IMG/VR virus record: IMGVR_UViG_3300037991_001647
Coordinates: 1 to 64,000 of that record
DNA: 64,000 nt
Origin: an uncultured virus (IMG/VR IMGVR_UViG_3300037991_001647)
Lineage: Duplodnaviria; Heunggongvirae; Uroviricota; Caudoviricetes
Strand: one strand, 5' to 3'
The translations under genes were made by a program, and so were the position numbers. This document shows positions 9,257 to 19,977 of the stretch, one piece after another; positions within the stretch are counted from its first letter, which is position 1; every line of letters starts with the position of its first letter. The notes beneath the pieces were generated by a model. That model was not told where the DNA came from and searched no databases. It saw nothing but the letters and a program-made list of their open reading frames with translations.

Positions 9257-10545
9257 TGGAAAGAAGTATCCAGAATCACGAAAAACTAAAAAAGATAGTT
9301 AAGTTATATCAGCCGAAAGAAAAGGCGAGTATGAGTAATTTTTGTGTTGCTCCTTTTCTACATATGTATGTGCATAAGAATGAAGGACCACGTGTTTGTT
9401 GTATGTCCACAGAAACCGCATTTCAAAATATGAAATTGTTTAAAGAACTTGGTTCTGATTTGAAAAAACTTTGGTCTAGTGATTATTATAAAGACTTGCG
9501 TAGAAGTTTTTTAAAGAATGAAAGATTAGATATATGTGACAAGTGTTGGCAAATAGAAGACTCAGGTGGTAAGAGTGACAGACAAAGATTTAATGAAACT
9601 TACAGAGATGTTATAGTACCAAATGTAGCAACAGGAAATCAATATGATGCACCACTAGATTTAGATATAAGACCAGGTAACTTATGCAATCTTGCTTGTA
9701 GAATGTGCGGTCCTGTATCAAGTTCTCAGATAGAAAAAGAAAGAAATAATAAAAAGATATTAAATCCTGTTTGGGGATATGGTTCTATACCAAGAACAGA
9801 AGTTTACGATAAAGAATATAATATAGATTTTTTATTATCACAAGCAGACAAAGGCGATAGAATTAAGTTCTTAGGCGGAGAACCAACTATTATGCCTGAA
9901 GTAGATAAGTTTTTGGATACACTAATTGAAAGAGAATGGTTTCACGTACCGTTACACTTTACTACAAATTGTACAAACAATACAAAAAGATTTATTGACA
10001 AGATTACTAAGTTTACTAGTTTGAGTTTTAATTATAGTGTAGATGGTATAGGTCCTATATTAGAATATATAAGACACCCTGTAAAATCGGAAGCAATAAA
10101 TAAAAATGTTCCATTATATGATAATCTTCCAGGTAACAGATATAGTGAGATAAGTTTTACATATCAAGCATATAACTTTTTTCATCTTATAGATTTTATA
10201 AACTGGTCTAATAGTATAGGAGTTTATACACGTCCAGAGATACTAAGATGGCCAGAATCACTTTCTTACAAATCAATACCTTTACAAATTAGAGAGAAAA
10301 GATTACCGCTTTATATGAAGATGCTTGAGAATATGGAAGTGAAAGAACCATTAACTAAAAAAGAAGTATTAGAAAAAGCAATGCCAGTACTAGTAGGTAT
10401 GCACGATGATAAAGAAGAATATCCTTTGATTGAATTAGCAAGGCGTACAAAATTACTTGACATTGCTAGAAATCAACATATAAAAGATTATATACCAGAG
10501 TTATGGGAAATAATAGAGAAAGAATATAATGACATTGCAATATAA
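9256..10545 (+). CDS. radical SAM protein with N-terminal twitch/SPASM-like Cys cluster
   Basis: FCVAPF..RVCC..CDKC, CNLACRMC, FLGGEP. Confidence 0.9.
   Translation: MERSIQNHEKLKKIVKLYQPKEKASMSNFCVAPFLHMYVHKNEGPRVCCMSTETAFQNMKLFKELGSDLKKLWSSDYYKDLRRSFLKNERLDICDKCWQIEDSGGKSDRQRFNETYRDVIVPNVATGNQYDAPLDLDIRPGNLCNLACRMCGPVSSSQIEKERNNKKILNPVWGYGSIPRTEVYDKEYNIDFLLSQADKGDRIKFLGGEPTIMPEVDKFLDTLIEREWFHVPLHFTTNCTNNTKRFIDKITKFTSLSFNYSVDGIGPILEYIRHPVKSEAINKNVPLYDNLPGNRYSEISFTYQAYNFFHLIDFINWSNSIGVYTRPEILRWPESLSYKSIPLQIREKRLPLYMKMLENMEVKEPLTKKEVLEKAMPVLVGMHDDKEEYPLIELARRTKLLDIARNQHIKDYIPELWEIIEKEYNDIAI
10474..10509 (+). repeat. 36-bp exact direct repeat, copy 1
   Basis: caacatataaaagattatataccagagttatgggaa, identical to 11714-11749. 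Confidence 0.9.
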
Positions 10546-11785
10546 AATACAAGACTTTCAAGACTCTAAAGTGTTTTGTCCTGCACCTTTTGTGCATTAT
10601 TATATTCACAGTACAGAAAAATCAAAGCCTTGTTGTTTTGCCCACAAGTATGATGTTTGGAAGCAACCAAGAGTAGTTAGAAAACTAGAAGAGGAATGGG
10701 AAAGCGAAGATTATACTAAACTTAGAAATAATATGATTCAAGGCAAAGCATCTAGAATTTGCACAAGATGTTATGATGCAGAAAGCACAGGAGGAAATAG
10801 TGATAGATTAAACTTTATGAGAACATATATGGAAGTTGAACCTACACTTGAAATAAACGTAGAAACAGGAAATGAATATGGTACTCCATTAGATTTAGAT
10901 TTAAGACCTGGTAATTTATGTAACTTACAATGCAGAATGTGTGGTACCGCAACTAGTAGTCAGTTGAACAAAGAGGCAAAGAAAAATCAAAGTTTACTTA
11001 AAAATATTATATCACCATTCGATGAAGAAAACGAATCAGTTTGGACATCAGATGATAACTTAGATTTCTTGTTAAAAAATATAGATAAAGGTCCTAGATT
11101 AATAAAGTTCTTAGGTGGTGAGCCAACTATTATGCCTGAAGTTGATAGAATATTGGATATACTTATTGAACGTGATAGAACAGATATAGATATATTCTTT
11201 ACTACTAATCTTACAAATACAAATAAAAACTTTTTAGATAAGATTTCTAACTTTAGAGAAACAAAGTGGAACATTAGTATGGATGGTATCGATAAGACTT
11301 TAGAATATATACGTTATCCTGTTAAATGGTATTCATTACAAAAGAATTTGATTAAGTTATCTCAGTTAGGTAACATAGCAAAAACTATACCAATAAGTTA
11401 TACATTACAAGCATATAATATATTTGATTTAGAACACACAATCAGATGGGCTCACAATAGAAATAAAGAAAACGAAGTCAAATTATATGTAGACCCTGAT
11501 ATCTTAGTACACCCTAAATTCTTTTCATATAATGTTTTACCAAAAGATGTAAGAGACAAAGCAGTTGAGAAAATATTAAAGATGCCAGAGTTAGAGGAAC
11601 AAGATACGTTAAATAAGATAAGAACAAGAGTTGAATATATTTTAAATGATGAAACAAAAGGTCATTTAAAAACATTTGCAAACGCAACAAAGAGATTTGA
11701 TATCTCAAGAAAGCAACATATAAAAGATTATATACCAGAGTTATGGGAAGTTATAGAAAAGGATTATAATGATATACAAGTATGA
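10529..11785 (+). CDS. radical SAM protein with N-terminal twitch/SPASM-like Cys cluster (tandem paralog of 9256..10545)
   Basis: FCPAPF..KPCC..CTRC, CNLQCRMC, FLGGEPTIMPEV. The C-terminus is nearly identical to the upstream paralog's. Confidence 0.9.
   Translation: MTLQYKIQDFQDSKVFCPAPFVHYYIHSTEKSKPCCFAHKYDVWKQPRVVRKLEEEWESEDYTKLRNNMIQGKASRICTRCYDAESTGGNSDRLNFMRTYMEVEPTLEINVETGNEYGTPLDLDLRPGNLCNLQCRMCGTATSSQLNKEAKKNQSLLKNIISPFDEENESVWTSDDNLDFLLKNIDKGPRLIKFLGGEPTIMPEVDRILDILIERDRTDIDIFFTTNLTNTNKNFLDKISNFRETKWNISMDGIDKTLEYIRYPVKWYSLQKNLIKLSQLGNIAKTIPISYTLQAYNIFDLEHTIRWAHNRNKENEVKLYVDPDILVHPKFFSYNVLPKDVRDKAVEKILKMPELEEQDTLNKIRTRVEYILNDETKGHLKTFANATKRFDISRKQHIKDYIPELWEVIEKDYNDIQV
11714..11749 (+). 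repeat. 36-bp exact direct repeat, copy 2
   Basis: Identical to 10474-10509. Confidence 0.9.
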
Positions 11786-12857
11786 AGATGTTAGAGTAAT
11801 CCATTTAGAGATTACAGAAAAGTGCCAGGCTACTTGTCCTATGTGTGATAGAAATGTCAACGGAGGCAAAGATAATCCTAACCTTGGATTACACGAATTA
11901 TCCTTAGATGATATTAAGAAAATACTACCACCAGACTTTGTAAAGCAGTTAGATAGAATTTATATGTGTGGTAACTTTGGTGATCCAATAGTTGCAAAAG
12001 ATACACTTGAAGTATTTCAATATTTCAGAGAACAGAAAAAAGAATTAACACTAGGTATGAATACTAATGGAGGTGCGAAAAGACCTGACTGGTGGAGAGA
12101 ATTAGCAAAAACATTAGGTAACTGGAGTTATGTAAAGTTTGGATTTGACGGACTAGCAGATACAAATCATTTATATAGACAAGGAGTTAATTGGGATATT
12201 GCGTGGGAAAATGCAATGGCATTTATCGAAGCAGGTGGTAAAGCACATTGGGACTATTTAATATTTCAACATAACGAACACCAAGTAGAAGAGGCAAAAG
12301 CACTTGCAGAAAAAGTAGGATTTAAAAAGTTTACACCAAAGAAAACAGGTCGTTTCTTTTCAACGATGAGACAATCAGGTAAAGAAGAACATCAAGCAGT
12401 AAATCGTAAAGGTGAAGAAAAACAATTATTACAAAAGCCAAAGGAAGTTAAGTATCAAAACAAAGCATTAGATAAAATTAAAGAGATAAAAACAAAACAC
12501 GGTTCATTAGAAAACTATTTTGATAATGTTCAGATTAGTTGTAAAGTAGCACAAGAAAAGAATATGTATCTTAGTGCAGAAGGCTTAGTTCTTCCTTGTT
12601 GTTGGGTAGCAGGTAGTATGTATAAATGGTGGCAGAAACCTGGGGAGAATCAAGTATGGGAACTTATACAACAATCAGGTGGTAAAGATGAATTCAGTGC
12701 TTTGAAAAACGGATTAAAATATGTATTAAACAATCAATACTTTAATTGGAGACTCGTAGATAGTTGGAATAAACCAAATACACACGCAGGCAAACCAATG
12801 GTATGTTCACAAAAATGTGGTAAAGAGTTTGATGCATTCGCGGAGCAGTTTAAATAA
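11769..12857 (+). CDS. radical SAM protein with C-terminal SPASM/twitch-like domain
   Basis: CQATCPMC, GNFGDP, TNGG, C-terminal PCC and CSQKC. Confidence 0.9.
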   Translation: MIYKYEDVRVIHLEITEKCQATCPMCDRNVNGGKDNPNLGLHELSLDDIKKILPPDFVKQLDRIYMCGNFGDPIVAKDTLEVFQYFREQKKELTLGMNTNGGAKRPDWWRELAKTLGNWSYVKFGFDGLADTNHLYRQGVNWDIAWENAMAFIEAGGKAHWDYLIFQHNEHQVEEAKALAEKVGFKKFTPKKTGRFFSTMRQSGKEEHQAVNRKGEEKQLLQKPKEVKYQNKALDKIKEIKTKHGSLENYFDNVQISCKVAQEKNMYLSAEGLVLPCCWVAGSMYKWWQKPGENQVWELIQQSGGKDEFSALKNGLKYVLNNQYFNWRLVDSWNKPNTHAGKPMVCSQKCGKEFDAFAEQFK

Positions 12858-13921
12858 TGCAAGAGTTAAAACTAATCAAAAAAGCAGATACATCTTTTTT
12901 AGAACAATACAATAGATATGAATCTGTTATGGGCAACGATACTTTTATTGTTGACTGGATGATTGGTAATACCTGTAACTATGCCTGTTCTTATTGTGAT
13001 GAATATTTTCACGATGGTTCAGTCAAATGGCCTGATCCTGATAAAGTAGAAAGATTTGCAAAGAGATTAACAGACCACGTAAAAGAATTTCAACCTACTA
13101 AAAAAGTTTTATGGAATATATTAGGTGGGGAACCAACTGTATGGAAAGAGTTCAACGAAGTATTTAGACGAATTAAAAATTACGATCCTAACTGTATTGT
13201 TAGAATGTTAACAAATGGTTCTAGAACATTAAGATATTGGGAAAAGAATGCAGATTTATTTGAAGATGTAATTATAAGTTATCATCCTGAAACCGCAGAT
13301 TATAAACATTGTACAGAAGTTGCAAATATATTGGCAAGAGCAGGTTCAGTCGTAGCGATACAAACCGCAGTCTACCCTCCTCTTATGGATAGATGTATAG
13401 AAGCCGCTAAACATTTTTGGACTTATTCATTGGCAGTAAATCACTCAGCAAAAGCACTACAAGAAACATTAGGTAGTGCAGAAACATTTGTATATGATAA
13501 AGAAAAATGGGCAGAGATTAAGAAATATGACGGTCCAACTAAAGCAAACAAAGATAGATTAAATAACAAACTAAACGAACACTTTGAGAATAGAAAAAAG
13601 TTTACAAGACGAGCATATGGACATATGATGAGATTTATCAATACTGATACAGGAAAAGTCCATTTCTTTCAAGACTCAAATGAATCTATGGCAAATGGAT
13701 TTAATACTTGGAAAGGCTGGAAATGTAACATAGGTGTTGAGGCATTAGTAGTAAATTTAGACGGAAGTGTGACAAGTGGAAACAGTTGCTTTCAAAAATT
13801 ACGTCACGGATATATACACGATCCTGATAATATCAAGTTTCCTACTGATGGATTGATATGTCCAGAGACTTGGTGCAGTTGTATATCCGACACAGAAGTA
13901 ACGAAGTATAAGGTTAAATAA
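12857..13921 (+). CDS. radical SAM protein
   Basis: CNYACSYC, GGEPT, TNGSR, C-terminal WKC..G..C..C...CSC. Confidence 0.9.
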   Translation: MQELKLIKKADTSFLEQYNRYESVMGNDTFIVDWMIGNTCNYACSYCDEYFHDGSVKWPDPDKVERFAKRLTDHVKEFQPTKKVLWNILGGEPTVWKEFNEVFRRIKNYDPNCIVRMLTNGSRTLRYWEKNADLFEDVIISYHPETADYKHCTEVANILARAGSVVAIQTAVYPPLMDRCIEAAKHFWTYSLAVNHSAKALQETLGSAETFVYDKEKWAEIKKYDGPTKANKDRLNNKLNEHFENRKKFTRRAYGHMMRFINTDTGKVHFFQDSNESMANGFNTWKGWKCNIGVEALVVNLDGSVTSGNSCFQKLRHGYIHDPDNIKFPTDGLICPETWCSCISDTEVTKYKVK

Positions 13922-13924
13922 ATA
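13918..13924 (+). promoter_or_regulatory. late-promoter-like ATAAATA
   Basis: ATAAATA-cagt-ATG directly before 13929, with no Shine-Dalgarno. Confidence 0.45.
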
Positions 13925-13928
13925 CAGT

Positions 13929-15485
13929 ATGTCAGAAAAAAATCCAAAACTACAAGAAACTCTTAAAGAATTTCAGCGAAGAACAGGTGCTCCAACACAA
14001 TCATTTTGTTTGTTGCCTTGGATACACTTGAGTACAAGACCTAATGGACATATGAGAGTTTGTTGTACGGCAAATGCTAGTTCAGTTGGACCAACAAATG
14101 ATAAAGAACACGGCGGAGAAGTAGGTGTTCTTAAACAAGCAGACGGCAAACCTGCAAATCTAAACGTAACAGATTTAATGTCTAGTTGGAACAATGATTA
14201 TATGAAAAATGTTCGTAAGCAAATGCTGAATAACGAAATGCCTCCTAGTTGTATGAAATGCTACAAAGAGGAAGATGCAGGTCATATGTCAAAACGTTTC
14301 TGGGAAACAGAATACTGGTCACGTAGAGTTGATATGAAAGAAGTATTAGCAGAAACATCAGAAGAAGGCGAGATCCCTCCAAAGATTAGATACTTAGATT
14401 TACGTTTAGGTTCTAAATGTAATCTTAAATGTATTATGTGTTCTCCTCACGATAGTTCTATGTGGGTTAAAGATTGGTTAAAGTTACACCCACAAATTGA
14501 AAATGAATCATTAAAAGAAACTATGCAATGGGGTAACAAAGGACAAATAGATGGTGCGACATATAACTGGCACAAAAGAAATGATGAGTTTTGGACACAA
14601 CTATACGAACAAATTCCACATATGAAACAATTATATTTTGCAGGTGGTGAGGCAACTATTATTGAAGAACATTATACGTTACTAGAAAAAGTTGTAGAAG
14701 AAGGTTATGCACCAGGCATTGAGTTGAGATATAATTCAAATGGATTAGAAATGCCTGATAGATTATTTGATTTGTGGAAATATTTTAAACGTGTAAGATT
14801 TCATTACAGTGTAGATAGTATTGGTGAGATGAATGATTATATTCGTTTTCCAAGTAAGTGGGAACACACTGTAAAACAATTTCACGTTTTAGATAATACA
14901 GGCCCGAATGTAGAAGTTACAGTTGCTTGTGCAGTTCAGGCTTTAAACATATACTATCTTCCTGATTTTGTCAAGTGGAAGATTGAACAGAATTTTAAGA
15001 AAATTAACTTATGGCCATTAGGTGCAGGTATGATTAACTATCACTTTGTATATCACCCACCTCATCTAAATGTTAAAGTTCTACCTAACTGGTTTAAACA
15101 AATGACAGTTGCTAAGTTTGATAAATTCATTGCTTGGCTAGAAGAAAACTGGCACAAGTGCGATGGCTTGGGCAATACTACAAAAGAAGAATGGTTGAAT
15201 GCGGCCTATGGTATAAAAAGACTTAAAGGTATGCTTTCATTTATGAATAGTGGTGATTGGTCAAGACAACGTATGCCAGAGTTTATAGAATATATTAACA
15301 AGATGGACGGAATACGTGAAACTAATTTCAGAGATGTATTTCCAGAGATGGCACCATTACTAGATTGGACTCCAGAAGCAGGAGACGATTGGGATGGAGA
15401 CTTTGATGATAGATTATTGAAGGAATTAGAAGACTCTGGGTTTCACGTAAATCAACAGGAGTTGGACATTGAAAAAGATAATTGA
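13929..15485 (+). CDS. radical SAM protein with N-terminal twitch-like Cys cluster
   Basis: FCLLPW..RVCC..CMKC, CNLKCIMC, FAGGE. Confidence 0.9.
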   Translation: MSEKNPKLQETLKEFQRRTGAPTQSFCLLPWIHLSTRPNGHMRVCCTANASSVGPTNDKEHGGEVGVLKQADGKPANLNVTDLMSSWNNDYMKNVRKQMLNNEMPPSCMKCYKEEDAGHMSKRFWETEYWSRRVDMKEVLAETSEEGEIPPKIRYLDLRLGSKCNLKCIMCSPHDSSMWVKDWLKLHPQIENESLKETMQWGNKGQIDGATYNWHKRNDEFWTQLYEQIPHMKQLYFAGGEATIIEEHYTLLEKVVEEGYAPGIELRYNSNGLEMPDRLFDLWKYFKRVRFHYSVDSIGEMNDYIRFPSKWEHTVKQFHVLDNTGPNVEVTVACAVQALNIYYLPDFVKWKIEQNFKKINLWPLGAGMINYHFVYHPPHLNVKVLPNWFKQMTVAKFDKFIAWLEENWHKCDGLGNTTKEEWLNAAYGIKRLKGMLSFMNSGDWSRQRMPEFIEYINKMDGIRETNFRDVFPEMAPLLDWTPEAGDDWDGDFDDRLLKELEDSGFHVNQQELDIEKDN

Positions 15486-16131
15486 TTCGATATCTCCTGC
15501 AGGCGTTAACCTGGATATTTACGAAGGGCCTATAGGAGTAAGTTGTAGTGGTGGTGCAGATAGTTCTATACTATTATACCATTTAATGCGAGAAGTAACA
15601 GACAAGATTTATATATTTTCTACAGGTAATAATCAAAGAAGTAGATATAATGTAACAGCCGCAACTAGAGTTGTAGAAAAACTCATACAGTTAACTGGCA
15701 ATTCTAATATAGAACATCATTTAAGTTATTGTGAAATACAAACAAGAGAAGAATTATTTCCTAAGTTAGCATTTTACTTAGATAATAAAGTAACAAATAT
15801 AATCTATACAGGTATTACAAGTAACCCACCTAAAGAAGTATCAGATACTTTTAAATTAGAAATAACAGAAAATAATAGAGCACCAGGAGAGAAAGATTTA
15901 TTACACCGTGATGGAACTTTTTACACTCCTTGGTTTAATGTAGATAAAAGAAAAATAGCAGAGATGTATAAAGAGGCAGATTTGCTAGATGTATTATACC
16001 CATTGACACGTAGTTGTGAATACGATCCTACTAGCAGTTTCTTTGATAATATCGAAGATCCTGGTATGGGACACTGCGGTTCGTGTTGGTGGTGTGAAGA
16101 AAGAAATTGGGCATTCGGGAGATTACAATAA
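15469..16131 (+). CDS. QueC-like PP-loop ATPase (7-cyano-7-deazaguanine synthase-like)
   Basis: SGGADS PP-loop and a C-terminal TRSC...HCGSCWWC Zn site. TTG start. Confidence 0.65.
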   Translation: MKKIIDSISPAGVNLDIYEGPIGVSCSGGADSSILLYHLMREVTDKIYIFSTGNNQRSRYNVTAATRVVEKLIQLTGNSNIEHHLSYCEIQTREELFPKLAFYLDNKVTNIIYTGITSNPPKEVSDTFKLEITENNRAPGEKDLLHRDGTFYTPWFNVDKRKIAEMYKEADLLDVLYPLTRSCEYDPTSSFFDNIEDPGMGHCGSCWWCEERNWAFGRLQ

Positions 16132-16934
16132 TGACACATACATATCCAAATGTAATAAATGAAATATTTAAAGATAGACACAGTTATAGTTTTGACACAG
16201 TACCTAGTACTTTTGTTGATGCAATGGCAAATGAACCTGATGTTCCAGAAGAAAGAAGATTTAAAAAAGTTAAATGGATTACACACGAAAGCGGTATCCC
16301 TTGGTTAGTATTAGACTTGCCGGAGTTTGATTGGAAAGCGTGTTATGATGAGGCAATGGCAGTTTATGATGAGGCAATTCAACATAGAAAAAATGATTAT
16401 GATGAAAGCAATCCTGATGATTACGGACACAGAGGTTGGCGTAGTCTTACATTACACGGATTAGGCAAACACGTTTCTCAGCATTGGGATAGTAAAGATG
16501 TTATAGAAGCCGGTTTCTTTTTTGAGAATGAACAACAGGCTAGAGAAGCCTATCACTGGACAGAGATAGCAGATAAGTGTCCTAAGACAGTTGAAATGAT
16601 TAAGAGTATTCCTGGATATCAAGCATATGATAGAGTTAGATATATGTACTTAGAACCAGGTGGATATATTACTCCACATAATGATTACTCACATAATAAG
16701 TTAGGACCTTTAAATATCTCTTTAAACAATCCAGAACACTGTTATTTTAAAATGATTGATGACAATGCATATGTACCTTGGAAACCAGGTAAGATGATTA
16801 AAATGAATGTCGGACATCAACACGCAGTTATGAATGATACAGATGAAGTTAGAGTTCATATGATAGTACACGGGCAATACGGCGGACGTGGCTATGAAGA
16901 TATAATATTAAAGAGTTGGAAAAATGTCGATTGA
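16131..16934 (+). CDS. 2OG-Fe(II) oxygenase, aspartyl/asparaginyl beta-hydroxylase-like
   Basis: GWRSLTLHG, RVRYMYLEPGGYITPHND (HxD), HQHAVMN..RVH. ATG 16131 overlaps the upstream stop. Confidence 0.8.
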   Translation: MTHTYPNVINEIFKDRHSYSFDTVPSTFVDAMANEPDVPEERRFKKVKWITHESGIPWLVLDLPEFDWKACYDEAMAVYDEAIQHRKNDYDESNPDDYGHRGWRSLTLHGLGKHVSQHWDSKDVIEAGFFFENEQQAREAYHWTEIADKCPKTVEMIKSIPGYQAYDRVRYMYLEPGGYITPHNDYSHNKLGPLNISLNNPEHCYFKMIDDNAYVPWKPGKMIKMNVGHQHAVMNDTDEVRVHMIVHGQYGGRGYEDIILKSWKNVD

Positions 16935-17124
16935 TAGTAAATTAATATATAAAGTTTTGATAATTGCAGTACCCACATACTTAGTTGCTTTTTCTACAGA
17001 GGCAATGGTTTATACTATGCCTATGTTAGCAATAACAACAGTAATAGCAACAAGTTTGTTTAATGACAATCGTGGAAATGTAGATGTTGATACAGATTAC
17101 AAAGAAGATATAGATGGTGAGTAG
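16924..17124 (+). CDS. small membrane protein
   Basis: 66 aa with two hydrophobic stretches, overlapping both neighbours. Confidence 0.6.
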   Translation: MSIDSKLIYKVLIIAVPTYLVAFSTEAMVYTMPMLAITTVIATSLFNDNRGNVDVDTDYKEDIDGE

Positions 17125-18790
17125 GAATGCAAAAGATTCTTTTCGCCTTCGAAGACAAATTAGACACAAAAAGAGGATGGAAGAAGTGAATAAAGATACG
17201 AATCAACAAAGAACTTATAACTTTCTTAAAGAAATTAGATGTGCAGTATTAGATACCTCTAGTACAATAGGTGATGAAGATGTATCAACCTATATGAGAC
17301 AGTTGACATATAACTTTTTAAGAAACAATTATAGTCATTACAAGTACAAAATATATGAGGATAGTTCAGTTGATAATGTATTGAATGAAATTTGCGATAG
17401 TGATCCTTTAGAAAATGAAGTCACTTTAGTTGTGTTTCAAGCATATGGAAATTGTTTATATGATACTTGGAAACCATTAGAACAAGGTTATAGTTTATTC
17501 AGAGAGTATTGTAACTTTGAATGGAGAGATAAAGCAGATAACAATGAATTCTTATTGATGGGTCACATATTAGATGATAGAGACAAAGATAGATGGTTTA
17601 GATTACACGAACAATGTTTTGTAATTAACTATAAAATGTGGAAACAAATGGGCAAACCAAAGTTTGGTAACTTTGATAGAAAGAAAATAGAAGTTAATAA
17701 AGCAGTACGCAGTGAGAGTAACTTCCACGATAGTCATACGCCACATTACCTGGATCCAGGTATTGGAACAGAAACAATAGTTAAACAAGGCTTTGGTTGG
17801 AATATGATTAATGAGAGTTTGAAAGCAGGTATACGTGTTCTTAATTTTGACGAACAAGTACGTTCAACAAAAACATATTTGTATCCTGAAATAAAAGAAG
17901 AACAAGAAGAATTTAAAAAGTACTTTAGAGAAGATTGTGCAAAATTTTTAATGCACGAAGCCAAGACATTAGGAGAAGTTAAAAAAGAATTCTTACATTA
18001 TCAATGTTATACAGTAAGAAGGTCGCCTACTGCGGCTTGGATTATGAATACTGAAAGTGTAAATGATGTTATATTTGTTCCTAGAAAACTACCATTAAAA
18101 AATCTATATTCAGTTGCGGCTGGATTTAAAACATATGCATTTTTAAATAACTGGAATAAAGATACAAACCTTGATGATGTTAATATACATTATTTTGATA
18201 TATCACAACCAGGATTAGATGTAAGAAAATGGTTTCATAAAGAATGGGAACCAAGAAACTTTGATATGTACCTTGATTATCTTTATGAAGAATGGTATAA
18301 AACAGACAAAGCATTGTTATCAATATATGAAGACTTTGAGTTTGAATCAGATAACTGGAGTTCAGAAAGAGTAAGAGCAAAAGAGGCATTTATGAATAGT
18401 GTACTTAGAATTTTTGATACAATGGAAGAGTTTTATGTTATGCACGATAGATTAAAAGAAAAAGAAATTACCTATGCAAAAGCAGATTTAACTAAAGATT
18501 ATTCATCATTACTTGATGCAGTTAAACCAAACGAAGAAGGTTATGATAGTGTTATATGGAGTAGTAATTATATTACTACAAGATATACAACGTGGCTATT
18601 ATCATATGAAGAAAGAAAAGATGTATATAGAAAAGTTATGTCAGATTTAAATGATATTAATCCTCATTTAAGAGTTCATAGTGCAGATTGGGATGGAACT
18701 CCTACAAGAGGAATGAAAGTTGAAGAATTAAATCACGCATACGGATATCCGGAAGAATTATTTAAAAAATGGCGACACAAAAGAGTTTAA
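17114..18790 (+). CDS. hypothetical protein (558 aa)
   Basis: Long ORF within the operon. No family confidently recognised. Confidence 0.7.
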   Translation: MVSRNAKDSFRLRRQIRHKKRMEEVNKDTNQQRTYNFLKEIRCAVLDTSSTIGDEDVSTYMRQLTYNFLRNNYSHYKYKIYEDSSVDNVLNEICDSDPLENEVTLVVFQAYGNCLYDTWKPLEQGYSLFREYCNFEWRDKADNNEFLLMGHILDDRDKDRWFRLHEQCFVINYKMWKQMGKPKFGNFDRKKIEVNKAVRSESNFHDSHTPHYLDPGIGTETIVKQGFGWNMINESLKAGIRVLNFDEQVRSTKTYLYPEIKEEQEEFKKYFREDCAKFLMHEAKTLGEVKKEFLHYQCYTVRRSPTAAWIMNTESVNDVIFVPRKLPLKNLYSVAAGFKTYAFLNNWNKDTNLDDVNIHYFDISQPGLDVRKWFHKEWEPRNFDMYLDYLYEEWYKTDKALLSIYEDFEFESDNWSSERVRAKEAFMNSVLRIFDTMEEFYVMHDRLKEKEITYAKADLTKDYSSLLDAVKPNEEGYDSVIWSSNYITTRYTTWLLSYEERKDVYRKVMSDLNDINPHLRVHSADWDGTPTRGMKVEELNHAYGYPEELFKKWRHKRV

Positions 18791-19977
18791 GATATATTAA
18801 ATTTGATGTAGGGGTTCTACATTTAGAATTAACCTCTAGATGCAATGCCCTTTGTCCTCTTTGTGCTAGAACAACAGGTCTAGATTACGATAGCCAGTTG
18901 TTAAAGAAACGTGATGACTTACCATTAATAGATACAGACCCAGAGATATTAAAAACAATGTTAGAAGAAATGAAACCTTTCTTGCCTAATCACGTTTTTA
19001 TTAATGGCAATTTTGGTGATCCAATAATGTATCCTCATTTATTAGATGTTATAAGAATGTACAAAGATGCTGGAGTGAGACAAGTAACTCTTAGTACAAA
19101 TGGAGGAGTACATAAACCAGAGTGGTGGACTGAATTAGCAGGTATAATGCGAAAGCCTGATAAAGTTATCTTTGCTATAGATGGCCTCGAAGATACTAAT
19201 CACTTATACAGAGTGAATACAAACTTCAAAAAGATAATGGAAAACGCACAAGCATTTATAAACGCAGGTGGTAGAGCAAGATGGGATTATATTGCATTTG
19301 CTCATAATGAACATCAGATAGACGAAGCAAGACAACTGGCAGAGGATATGGGTTTCTTTACATTTAGATATAAAAAATCAAATCGATATGTTATACCTAA
19401 AGATTACAATGCAGACCCTAATAGTAAACGAGAAGATGAAACAATAGAAAAGAAAACTACTATTAAGTTTATTGCTAAACAACACGTAAAGAAAGACAAG
19501 AAAGCAGAAACAGTTATATCAGCACCAAAGAAAACAGAGGCGTCAAATACTACAAAGAACTTTGAAAAGATATTAAAGAAACACAAAACGTTTGACAATT
19601 ATGTTAAAAGAACACAAATAGATTGTCAGACCGCAAGAGATAAAAGTGTTTTTATAGACTATAAAGGCTTTGTTTGGCCTTGTTGTTGGCAAGGACATTA
19701 CTATAGTTCTATAGGAGAAGACAAAGGTGTACAAAAAAGAATAGATGATAGAGTAGAACTTGAAAATAAATATGGTAAAGACTTTAATAATTTGCAAAAA
19801 CACAGTTTATTTGATATACTAAACACACCATACTTTTCAAATGATTTAGTTGAAAGTTGGAATGATGAAAGCAAACGTCTTTACATATGTGGAAAGACTT
19901 GTGGAAAAGAATTAGATTTCAGAGGAAATAGTGAAAAGAATTATGAAGATACAGAAATGAATAGGATGAACGTGTAA
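18769..19977 (+). CDS. radical SAM protein with C-terminal SPASM/twitch-like domain (paralog of 11769..12857)
   Basis: CNALCPLC, GNFGDP, TNGG, DGLEDTNHLYR, WPCC, CGKTC. Confidence 0.9.
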   Translation: MATQKSLRYIKFDVGVLHLELTSRCNALCPLCARTTGLDYDSQLLKKRDDLPLIDTDPEILKTMLEEMKPFLPNHVFINGNFGDPIMYPHLLDVIRMYKDAGVRQVTLSTNGGVHKPEWWTELAGIMRKPDKVIFAIDGLEDTNHLYRVNTNFKKIMENAQAFINAGGRARWDYIAFAHNEHQIDEARQLAEDMGFFTFRYKKSNRYVIPKDYNADPNSKREDETIEKKTTIKFIAKQHVKKDKKAETVISAPKKTEASNTTKNFEKILKKHKTFDNYVKRTQIDCQTARDKSVFIDYKGFVWPCCWQGHYYSSIGEDKGVQKRIDDRVELENKYGKDFNNLQKHSLFDILNTPYFSNDLVESWNDESKRLYICGKTCGKELDFRGNSEKNYEDTEMNRMNV

